Origin: Anthoceros angustus
Lineage: Eukaryota; Plantae; Anthocerotophyta
DNA: 64,000 nt
Reading direction: 5' to 3'
NCBI GenBank assembly: GCA_010909165.1
Contig: VJWM01000203.1
Coordinates: 1 to 64,000 of the forward strand
Positions within the stretch are counted from its first letter, which is position 1, and the number at the start of each line of letters is the position of its first letter. The notes under the pieces are model-generated. The model was not told the origin of the DNA. It searched no databases and saw only the letters and a program-made list of their open reading frames with translations. A program made the translations under genes and the position numbers. Below, piece after piece: positions 49,473-60,262 of this stretch.

Positions 49473-52328
49473 TCAATGCCGATCCCCACACGAGCAGGAC
49501 CCATCCACAAATCGATGCACCCGATGCGCGTCTCTCACGATGATGTCCCGTTTCTCAAGGCGAGACATGATCTTGGTGCTGCTGTGGCAGTCATTGCACA
49601 TGCGCAGATTTTTGGTCACCAGCAAAGTGGCACCATCCGGCGTGTGCAACAGGCCATAGGCCAGAGCCAGTTTCTCTGCGTGCCCACACAAGGCATCCTC
49701 CTTCTCTTGCTCGGACACCGCCCTGAGAACCAAGTGTGTTTGCGGGACATGCCCTCCTTCCGTCTTCAACCTGGCGGTCAAGCTCCTCAGCTTGGGAGAG
49801 ATGTCAGCCCTGTCTTCTCCCACTGTGAACTCGTGAACCTCATTCCTCACTTCGATGCATGCCTTGGCAGGCATCTTCATGGCACCTGCTGACTTTCTCA
49901 AGCTCTCTATCCTGTCTACTTCCACCCACCTGCCTGCATCGGCATAAATGTTCCCCAACAGCACGTAGGGACTGGCATCCTCAGGTGCCAGTCTCACGAG
50001 ATGGTCGAAGCAGCGTCGCCCACGCTCAACATCACCGTGGCTTTTGCAAGCACTCAGCAGAGCTGTCCAGCCCACAACATCGTTCACGAATGAAGAAGTT
50101 CGCAGCAAGTGTTCGGCCTCGTCCAGTTGGCCCGACCGTCCGAGCAGATCCACCATACAGCTGAGGGGGTAGTCGGAGGGCACAATCCCATGGTCCTCCA
50201 TCATCCTGAAGAAGCGGCGGCCCTCATGCACCAGGCCTGCATGACTGCACGCCACCAAGAGACAAATAAAGGTGGTCTCATCCGGCTCGACACCGTCCTG
50301 CAGCATGTCCTGAAAGCAGCGGATGGCCATGTCCGCATCGCTGTGCTCAGCGTAGCCGTTGAGGAGAGCATTCCATGTCACCACATTTCTTGCGGGCAAG
50401 CTGTCGAAGAGCTTAAGGGCATCCTCCATGCTCCCGCATTTGGCATACATGTTGAGCAGGCTGTTGGCGATGAATGCGTGCGCCTCCAGGTCCCTTTCCC
50501 GAATCTCACGGTGGAGCTGCCTCCCCTGCTGCAGGGCTCCTACACTGGCGCACGCCTGAAGAAGGCCCAAAAAGGTGACATGGTTGGGCGGAGTGACATG
50601 TTGCTGCATGCTGGCATGCAGTGTGAGGGCTTCCTGCCCCAGCCCCTGCTGAGCATACCCTGCAATCATGGCATTCCAGGTCACCACATCTCTGCCGGGC
50701 AAGGTGTCGAACACCTTGCGGGCGTCCGCCAAGCTCCCGCACTTGGCATACATGGTCACCAGGCTGTTGCCGATGGCTGCATCACCTTCCAAGCCTCGGT
50801 CCCGGACGAGGGCGTGAAGCTGCTTCCCCTGGTGCAGGCCAAGAGCTCCCCCCACACTCGCACACGCCTGAAGGAGGCACAAAAATGTGACCCGATCGGC
50901 TGCTGCTGCTGGTGATGCTGGCCCCCGGATGATGCCTCCCCCCTCCTGTCGCAGCATGGCGCTGTAACAGGCGAGGGCTTGCTGGCCCATGCCCTGCTGG
51001 GAGTAGCCTGCGATGAGGGCTGTCCAGGTCACCACATCCTTGTGACTCAGTGCATCGAACACGCTTCGAGCGTCCTCCAAGCTGCCGCACTTGGCATACA
51101 TGTTCACGAGACTGCTGCCCACAAAGGCATCCGATTGGAGCCCGCCATGCCTGATCTGTGCATGAAGCTGCTTCCCCTTTTCCAATGCCACGGCCCCCAC
51201 AGCTGCACAAGCCTGCAGAAGGCACACGAAGGTAGCCGCATTGGGTGCCTGCTGCTCCTGCATCATGGCAGTGTGGAGGCGCAGCGCTTCCTCGCCCATG
51301 CCCTGCTCCACATATCCTGCCATGAGAGAGGTCCAGGTCACCACGTTCTTTCGCTCCCGATCCAGCCCTTCGAACACTCTTCGAGCGTCCTGCAAGCTGC
51401 CACACTTGGCGTACATGCTCACCAGGCAGCTACACACGAACACATCGGGCTCCACGCCCGCAGCCAGGACGTGGGCGTGCACCAGCTGCCCCGCCCTCAG
51501 ATCCGCTCCCTTGGTGCACGCCTGGAGGGCTGCAGCAAACACATGCCCATCCGGCTCCGCCCGGGACTCCCTGCGCATCCGATGGTAGAGCTGCAGGGCG
51601 TCCTTGTCCCGCCCCTGCTTCACATGCGCCCGGATGATGGCAGACCAGGTGAAGGCATCCGGCTGGGGAAGCGCTGAAAACACATCCATGGCCTCCTGCA
51701 GCCTGGCGTGGGCCACATACATGCGCATGATGTGGTTGCACAGGAAGGTGTCCGATTCGTATCCCCATCTCACGGCCAGCGCATGCACACAGCGACCCAG
51801 GACCAGATCCTTGTGCGCCACGCATCGTTTCAGCACAGAATACAGGAGGGAGTGACAAGAAGAGTGCGGCTGCGGCTGCGGCTGCGGCAGCACAAGCCCC
51901 CCCAGCGCCTCCACAGCCTCACTCAGCTGGCCCTCCTCACATACACTGCCCACGGCCCTTTCCCATTCCCATTGCCGTTGGACGTTACATCCATCATCCG
52001 GGACGCTCCAGGTGCAAGCTGGCGGTGGCTGTGGCTGTGGCTGTGGCTGTAGCTGTGGCTGTGGCGTGTACCAGTGGTAGTAGTAGTGGTGGTCCGGCCC
52101 CAGGAGCTCCTCATCCTGCCCATGGGATTCCTGCACCCGGACAACCTCTCTACTTTTTCGTCTTGGAGCTGGAGCTGGAGCTGGAGCTGGAGCTGGTGCT
52201 AGGGCTGATGGCCTGCTTGCTGCCAGGCTGCTGCCGCTCCTGGACCTGCACCTGGACCTGCACAAAGGCAGGAGGAGGCTGCTCCTCTTGCTCCCTGCCG
52301 TGGCAACGCGCAAGGCAGCAGCAGCCAT
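49473..52328 (-). CDS. PLS-PPR-E1-E2-DYW:KP protein ending DRH; candidate organellar U-to-C editing factor
   Basis: Intronless. Likely start MAAAALRVATAG at 52328 (951 aa); ~17 PLS motifs; KMPAKACIEV, CGHAEKLA, NLRMCNDCH, SCSCGDRH*. Confidence 0.93.
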   Translation of the reverse strand: MAAAALRVATAGSKRSSLLLPLCRSRCRSRSGSSLAASRPSALAPAPAPAPAPAPRRKSREVVRVQESHGQDEELLGPDHHYYYHWYTPQPQLQPQPQPQPPPACTWSVPDDGCNVQRQWEWERAVGSVCEEGQLSEAVEALGGLVLPQPQPQPHSSCHSLLYSVLKRCVAHKDLVLGRCVHALAVRWGYESDTFLCNHIMRMYVAHARLQEAMDVFSALPQPDAFTWSAIIRAHVKQGRDKDALQLYHRMRRESRAEPDGHVFAAALQACTKGADLRAGQLVHAHVLAAGVEPDVFVCSCLVSMYAKCGSLQDARRVFEGLDRERKNVVTWTSLMAGYVEQGMGEEALRLHTAMMQEQQAPNAATFVCLLQACAAVGAVALEKGKQLHAQIRHGGLQSDAFVGSSLVNMYAKCGSLEDARSVFDALSHKDVVTWTALIAGYSQQGMGQQALACYSAMLRQEGGGIIRGPASPAAAADRVTFLCLLQACASVGGALGLHQGKQLHALVRDRGLEGDAAIGNSLVTMYAKCGSLADARKVFDTLPGRDVVTWNAMIAGYAQQGLGQEALTLHASMQQHVTPPNHVTFLGLLQACASVGALQQGRQLHREIRERDLEAHAFIANSLLNMYAKCGSMEDALKLFDSLPARNVVTWNALLNGYAEHSDADMAIRCFQDMLQDGVEPDETTFICLLVACSHAGLVHEGRRFFRMMEDHGIVPSDYPLSCMVDLLGRSGQLDEAEHLLRTSSFVNDVVGWTALLSACKSHGDVERGRRCFDHLVRLAPEDASPYVLLGNIYADAGRWVEVDRIESLRKSAGAMKMPAKACIEVRNEVHEFTVGEDRADISPKLRSLTARLKTEGGHVPQTHLVLRAVSEQEKEDALCGHAEKLALAYGLLHTPDGATLLVTKNLRMCNDCHSSTKIMSRLEKRDIIVRDAHRVHRFVDGSCSCGDRH

Positions 52329-53339
52329 GCCATTGCTTACATATTGCTTCACCACCACGATCATACAGAAACCTACTCTCGCTCCCTCCTGGAGAGAGGC
52401 CCAACCCGGCCGACCGACCCCCACACTCCACCTTGGACAGAAGTCACAATACGGGAGTGAACATATAGTGAACAGTTAGTTATCCAGATGTAACATGCAT
52501 CTATGGCGTACCCATGTCCTCGTGGAATTATAACTCTCATCACTAAGTAAGTTACTATATATTTTATTTTTCTGAAGTAAGTTATTTTACGTTTTATCTC
52601 CATCCCACCGGCATGATTCACTAAGCTGGAGCTACCTACCAGGGACAGCTAGTGCTCCAGCAAACCTGACCGGCCTAATGGGCAAACCGCGACCGACTTA
52701 GTAATATCGGCACAAAAATGTCATTTTCTCCTTGCTCAAACATCAGGCAAGGTCATGCATCTTATATTTCCTTCCTCTCCCTCATCCGACAAAGGATAGA
52801 ACCCCATGCTAGTCACGAGGGTTTTATCACCATTCTTCACGTAGGAGCCTTGTTTAGGCAAGCTTTCCTGACTAATGAGCCTTGGCTGGCAAAGCACGGC
52901 CATTAAGGTAACGAAACGAAAATTGTCTGTGAGTGGCTGAAGTGCTTAGTGATGTTGAGAGCTCAACGAATATGCAAGAAAATTAGTATGCGGACACGAG
53001 GTGAGCTATCGGAGGTGAGCTATAAAGAGCGAGAGCCTGCCATTTTAAGGTGAGGGGTAGGCCTAATCGCAGCACAAACTACCACTTGGAGGCCAGGAAG
53101 CCAACTATCTGGCCTGCCCTTGCTTGCGAAAATCTAATCGCTACAGAGGTCAATCCGCCCAGCGATCAATTGGCCTTGTATTGGCCGCTAAATCTAATCA
53201 GGCGAAGCTCCACCTGATCCACCAAGCTGGAGCCCCAGCTGGCCGCACCGAACTAGCTGGTGCTCCAGCTCGGCAATCAGAAAAAAAATAGAAAGTATGA
53301 CAACCTCCTTCGTAGCAAGATAGGTTCTGCATAGTGTCC

Positions 53340-53530
53340 ATTAATTGTATTATTTATTTTTCAGATCTATTAACATAATTAATAATTATATTAATAGATT
53401 ATAATATTAGATATAAATATATTCTAAGTTAATAGAATGATAAATTAATAATATAATCAATTACTCATAACTATATATTATCTTAATTATTTATTATAAT
53501 ATAATATAATTAATTATTATAATCATGTAG
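53340..53530. other. Extremely AT-rich tract
   Basis: Almost entirely A/T, with a sharp boundary against the GC-rich gene island. Confidence 0.8.
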
Positions 53531-54103
53531 AACTATACATCATCATACTTTTCCCATCGTTTTTTCACCTCAGTAGATTCCTCCTTTATTAGCACTGTAT
53601 TGTGAAACACTTTTTTCTCTATGTGTAACAAGTAACACTTATTCCAAAAACCCTGAAATTTTGAGGGAGAGAGTTAATATTTATAAATATTTAATATTTA
53701 TGAAGCCACATTTATCCAAGGTGGACTGTACTACCTACATATAGACATAGCCTCCTCAAACTTGCTTCCATATCATTTTAGCTACTAAACAAGTTAACCT
53801 AATCTTCAGTTGTGTAATGTGTGCTCCCTAATAAATATTTTCTACTGCCATAATAAGTACATATACCTATAGAGGTACCTAGTCATAATCACCATTTTTC
53901 CCACCACCAAAATTTAGGAGCACCTACTTATTAGCATCATGCATACCTACTTATTTAGAACATAGGTACCTAGGTATCCAAGTTCACGATAACTTTGAAA
54001 TCACTTCTTGATAGAAAATTTTAGTAAGTTTCAAAAAATATATATTATTTAAAATTTAATATAAAATAAACTAAAATACATAAGATATATTCTTAACATA
54101 TTT

Positions 54104-55033
54104 TCATGTCTGTTCTTTCAACCATGGATGCTCCAATACTTCCTTAGCTTTGGGGCGTAAAGAGGGAGCATCTTGCAACATTCTTAACATGAGGTCGGTT
54201 GCTGGCTTGGAAAAGTGTTTTCTAATTTGACCTAATTTTGAAGGTGCTAAAACACCTACATGTTGGAGAATGTCATTTTTTGTTGGGAATAAAGTTATAT
54301 ATGAACCACAGAGTATGCTATAAAGTACTAAACCTAAGGTCCATATATCAACTTTACATCCATAAGATTCTCCTTTCAAAATTTCAGGAGCCATTAATTC
54401 TTGTGTGCCAACAATTCCCACACATGCTTCGTCGGTCAAGACTGGATAGTGTATTGCAGATCGAAAATTAACTATGACTATAGAAGAGTTGTTGTTTTCA
54501 TCCAAAAAAAGAATATTTTTGGGTTTTAAGTCCCTATGTACAACACCATTAGTATGACATACGTGAATGCCTGTGACAATCTCCTTAAAAACTCTACGGA
54601 CATTGCCTTCATCATATTTGAAGATCCTGGGAAATAAGGGTCCTCCCTTACATATATTTGTGATCATATGAATGTGATATCTATCTTCAAATACCCCCTT
54701 TAAATCTAATATATTGGGATGTTTTGGAAGAATTTCTTGAAGTGCAATCACTTCCCTTTGCAAATCTTTTGTTTCTAAACCTAATTTAAATGCATCTTCC
54801 TTCTTAATAGTCTTGCAAGCTAGTTCTTGATGTGTACATTTGTCAATACAAAAATATATTTTGCTAAAAGTGCCCGCACCATACACCTTTTGTTGAAAAA
54901 CATTGTATTTTCTCCTTACATGTGTCCTCAACACCTTAGGGTTATTTTCGAAGACTTGCTCTATTTTTGGATCAGGTGAAATAGGATATACAGGAAAAGG
55001 AAACTTTCTATACACAACAAAAGGGAACTTCAT
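54104..55033 (-). pseudogene. Intronless CDPK-derived kinase domain only, degenerate catalytic motifs
   Basis: LACKTI, DLQREV...HPNILDLKGVFED, GGPLF, HRDLKPKNILF, APEILK, DIWTLG; DFG position reads NFR; no autoinhibitory or EF-hand tail; AT-rich. Confidence 0.7.
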
Positions 55034-55759
55034 TATTACTAGGAGGACTAGAGTTTGAGTTTTTTTTGTAAGTTGTAACCGGACACCTTATTAAAAAATG
55101 TTGCTCATAGAAAGAGAGACATTAAAGCACTAGCTAATCCTAACAAGTCTCTTATTACATGCATTATATGTCATACCTTCAATGTGATTGATATACCTAT
55201 GAACTTTATTAAAATATGAATATTTTAAAAGATCTCGCGCTATGTAACCTCATAGAAGGGAAACTAGGTCGCTCCTATTTGGTGGGGACCGTCCCAGGGC
55301 TAGCTGGGTTTTTTGAGTTCATTGTAATATGTTGTTAATGTGCTTTTCTCAAGGTGTTGTATTCTTCATTTACTTATTTATTTATTATGTTTCTTTCGAT
55401 GGCATATTATGATTTTGTAACGCAACATAAAGTTTGTAAAACGACATTAGTTTGTTCCAATAATGTGTTGGTGTGTGTTGGCGTGGCTGCCCACCATGGG
55501 CTCCTGCTATATCTATATATGTATAGTGTGTATTGGGCAAGAGTCACGCTTAGGTAAGATGGCAACCTCGCGCCACTTACTGAAATGCTCCACAATTAGC
55601 ATGACATGCTTATTTCCAGTACGCGTATCTGGAATGTCTAGCATGAGATCCACGCTCCACCTGTAGAAAAGTCCTCAGATTGGCAGAGAGTGAAGCACAT
55701 CATCATTGGTTGTGAACCTTGCAGCTTTCACTCGGTCACTGACTCTATATTCTGCGACC

Positions 55760-56987
55760 TGCCTCTCCACACCTCCATACATCCTTGCCTAGAAGTGCGT
55801 GGGCCTGAGCATGCTGTAGGTGCGCTTGGCACCAAAATCCCCTAAGCCTTCATGCACTTGGGTGATGAGTAGTCTCACTCGGTCTTCTAGCTTGGGTATG
55901 ATTCTGGCTCCCACCGAATCACGGATATACATTATGTTCTCCTTCCAATAGTGCCGAGCCACCTTCTTTCGTAGCTTGGACTGCTTCCGAGGTGAAAGCC
56001 CTTGTGGCAATTCCCCAGAACTTAAGAAGGTCACCGTGACAACATCCGCATAGATGACCTCCACGGACTATGCATACAAATCGATGAGTGGAGGGTTGTC
56101 TTCAACATCCTCATGCAACATGGCCAACATGGCATCTAGACTACTCTCCTCCCTAGCAGGTTGCTTGTCATGTTAATCTTGCCTGGCTCCTATAGTGTCT
56201 TTACTATGAGGTAGAGGATTCCTTGACAACACATCAGCATTAGAGTGAACTCTACATGCCCGGTGTTCGATGACAAAGTCATACTCCTGGAGAATGAGAG
56301 TCCACCTCGGCATCTTTCATGTAAGCTTGCCATTCGTCATCAACTAATGCAAGGGTTGATACAACATATGGTCGGTAATTAGTCGAAACTAATGTTCAAA
56401 CAAGTACGGACGAAAGTGTCCGACTGCCCACACCGCTGCAAGACATTCTCCCTCTTAGGCAGAGTAGTTGGACTCCGCCTGGTTGTTGCTCCAACTCGCC
56501 TAAGCAATGACATGTTCCTCTTCCTTGTCATTGATCTGCGCCAAGATTGCCCTTATGTCGTACTTGCTCCAATCAGTGTAAAGTACGAACGACTTATTGA
56601 AGTCTAGATGATCAAGAATTGGCGAGCTCATGAGTCTACCCTTCAACTCCATGAAAGTTGACTCCTCCACTTGAGTCCAACGCCAAGTCACCAACTTCTT
56701 CAACAGGTCGTTCAATGGCCGCGCCAATCTTGCTCATCCACGGAATGAACTTCAAGTAGTATCTTGCCAACCCCAAGAATGCCCTTAACTTCGAGATGTC
56801 ATTTGGCCTGGGAATGCACGCGATTGCCTCCACCTTGGCGGCATGCGGCGAGATCCTGTCAGGTGTGACCCAATGACCTAAGTACAATACCCTGTTCTCT
56901 AAAAATCGATACTTTCCTGGATGGGCCTTCAACCCACTGGCAACTAGTCTAACTAAGACTGCTCGAAGATGTTGCAGATGCTCTTCA
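55760..56987 (-). mobile_element. Ty3/gypsy relic (end of RT, RNase H, start of integrase)
   Basis: HEEHLQHLRAVL...KAHPGK, LRAFLGLARYY, FVLYTDWS, QEYDFVIEHR...NADVLSR, VHEGLG; interrupted by the LTR at 56988. Confidence 0.85.
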
Positions 56988-59900
56988 TGAAGAAATAATT
57001 ATTGTTTATGTGTTGACTCATGCTAGGGTTAGGTTACCTTAGTTTAGTTAACCTATCTGATGTGTAAACTAGGTCTAGTCACCTAGTACCCTTTCGGTAG
57101 GGTTGTGACTCTTACGAGTGGACGTAACACTTGGTATCTTAATTAGGTTGTTTTAAGCATAAGCAAGTTACTCTTTTATTTGATCTTTCAATTCAATCAA
57201 TAATGTAATTGTGTTTTATTAATTCAATTCACATAAAATCTTCATGGTATCGAGCAGGATAGATGGAGATGCATCTAGTATGCACACAAATTTTCTGCAT
57301 TAGAAGATGTGTAGAAAGATGTGTTTTATTATTGTTTTGAATAATAACATGTTCTTGAAAAGGAACTTTTAAAGAAACATCAAGAAATGAATTTTGTGTT
57401 GTTTTCTTTAAAAATCTATACAAATTCTTGCTGCATTAGGTAGCCATTCTAGCGTGCATTCATTGAATTGCTCCCTTGAGCAATTGCAATGAACATACAC
57501 TAGAACAGCTGCCTAATGGGCAAAATTATATATAGAAAAATACAAAAGAAATATAAGATGCAATTTCACTTATAAAACACAAATCCTGTTACGGCACATG
57601 GCCAATTTAGATGCGCAGTGGCCGCAACACCGCTACTCGTAATCATCCTAGGCAAAATAGGTCAAGAATTGCCGATGGGCACACAATTGCTTCGCTTACA
57701 TTCGCATCCTACAATGGAGCCAACAAAACCAAAATAGACCTATGCAAATTGCTGATCCGAGAGACGATTTAATACTATTGTGGAATTTCTCTATCCTCAA
57801 GAGCGTAATCCGTGTTTACTCTTCCTCCAAGAAATCCACTAAATTGCAGTGCGTGTACAAAGAGCTTTTGATGGAAACGCAGCCCGTGGTTTCATCACAA
57901 CTCAAGCGCCACAAACACGAGTGTCGCACAATAATTAATCGCATCAAGCAAATAACAGGATAGTGATGACGCACACAAATTAATGGACACTTGTCTGACA
58001 AGCGTTGACTTACAGGATCCGAAGGAGCAAGTTGCACACTTGGACTACAAGCTGGTTATCTTCTTTGAAGCCCGAGATGCTCAAAAATCCGTGTTGAAAC
58101 ACGCTGTAAACACGCAAGTAAGACAAATCGTGAGCGAAGCTTTAGCTCACTTAACTCGTGTCCATCTTGCTCCACGTATGCCTACAATAGGTTCGAGATG
58201 AGGAGCTCCAAAATTGCAGCTACGAGGAGGATGGGATCAAAACCGCAACGCCGTAATCAACAAGCGTTATGAGCGTGTGTCCGATCAGACGGTTTTGGGG
58301 ATATATTCAATACATGAATTTGAACACGAGGTCGAACAACAAGCCATAAATATGGCACGCACCTCAACTCCAAACTATGGAGGTAATGAATCCTTCAAGG
58401 AGAAGGATCGGTTCAATGGCAATGACTTTGACATATGGCGATCCGGATGGAGGGCGTCCTCGAAATGAGGGGCTCAACAAACATGCAACCGGAAAGGTAG
58501 TGAAACCAGACGAGGATCTTGGAGAAGAAGAATGGTTAGCTAAGGATAGCGGAGCCAAGTACCTCATTCGCAGTGGCTCGACAACCAAAATGTTGAGGCA
58601 TAAATGGGTGGAAACTTCAGCGAAATCATGAATCGCCTAAAGGAACTCTACGCAGCGAACATGGTCGGTGCAATGACTTTAAGAAATTTCGAACTTGAGA
58701 ATGAAGGATGGGGACTCGGTGGAGAAGCACGTGAGTACCTTTAGGACCCTAGCCTCCCGGCCTGTGGTGCCTCTAAAGTTGCCATCAAGGATGATGAGAT
58801 GGTGATGAGGCTCCTTCTTCGCTTCGAGTCTTGGTCACACGTGACCTCCCACCAGCTCTCGACACAAGCTACATTAGCTAAGAAGCAAGGCATAGAGATG
58901 CCGAGATGTCATTCTCACAACTTGTGAGTTCCATCGCAAGAAGAGGCAAGCGAACTAATCACAAGAAAGCGGAAACAACAGCCTGACACCTCAAATCAAG
59001 GGCGAGGAGGCAAGAAATCCTTCTCCAAAGGAGGTGGTGGAAATCCTTCCAAGGGAGGTAGCTCAGCGGATCCTCATCCGGGAAGAAGACTAAAAAGCCG
59101 CACCGCAATCGTGCAAGCCGCTGGACATTGGGAAAAGAGTGTCGCAAAAGCAAGCTGGAATTCCTCGCAAGGAGGGCACCAGCGCTGACGCCAATGTTGT
59201 GGTAAAGAAGGCTAATACCCCATCAGCTCTTACAGTTGGGACTAGGGAGTTTGCTAGTCCATTGCTGCTTCCCACTTGCCTTTCTGCCAAAGCTAATCTG
59301 AAACCAATAGATGAATGGTATTTAGATACGGGTGCTACTGCACACATCTGCTTTGATAGAAATGCTTTCAAAACATATAGGTCTTTTCCAGATCAGTATG
59401 TTTACCTTGGGGACGACAGGTCTCTAGTCTCACATGGTCGTGGCACAGTTGAGTTGCTAGTTCCTACAGGGATCACACTCATGTTGTTAGAAGTCTACTA
59501 TGTGCCAGAAATGACTAGAAACCTTATTTCACCAAGATTGAATGCGATAACACCACGTTGTTTTCACTAGGACAGATTGTAGAATCATAGATGCTATTGA
59601 CCCTAGAAAGGTCCTTGCACATGGGTCTTCGGACCACGATCTGTTCCGTCTCCATTTGCACAGTGGAGTAGCAGAGTCCCACCTGACACAAGACGTCTCC
59701 CTTGCATCTGCACAACAAACAGCAAAGTCTAAGTTGTGGCATGCACGCTTGGGTCACCCTCACATGGCAAAGCTGCAAAAATTGGTTGTGAGTGACTGTA
59801 TCAAGATGGACCTATTGGCCCTTTGACTGCCATACCTTTATGTGAGGCTTGTGTGTTGTCGAAGAAACACCAAGCTGCCTTCAAGAACAAAGCACCTCAT

Positions 59901-60262
59901 CGTGCTGATGATCTCCTTGAGCTTGTACATACTGACCTATGTGGACCCTTATCTCAAGCGTCCATAGGAGGTGGACGTTATTTTCTAACGTTTACAGATG
60001 ACAAGAGCAGATTTGTCACCACCTATATCCTGAAGAACAAAAGCGAATGTTTCTCCTACTTCAAGGAATACATCAAATTCGCTGAGCGTTGGACAGGAAA
60101 ACAGCTCAAGACCCTGAGATCTGATAATGGCGGGGAATTTACATCTAATGAATTCCAGCAGTTCTGTAAAGACGAAGGCATTGGACGCCAACTCACCGTT
60201 GTATACACTCCACAGCAGAATGGAGTGGCAGAGCGCTTGAACCTCACATTGCAGGAGATGGT
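56988..60262 (+). mobile_element. Ty1/copia 5' part (LTR, PBS, gag, protease, integrase), truncated
   Basis: LTR 56988-57244 with TGAAGA...TCTTCA ends; PBS TGGTATCGAGC 57245-57255; KEKDRFNGNDFDIW; WYLDTGATAHICFD; WHARLGHP; RSDNGGEF...PQQNGVAER; ends at LQEMV. Confidence 0.85.

Noticed and set aside
49461-52468. Long plus-strand ORFs (e.g. 50109..50915, 50979..51677)
   Set aside because: Antisense shadows of the GC-rich PPR-DYW gene.
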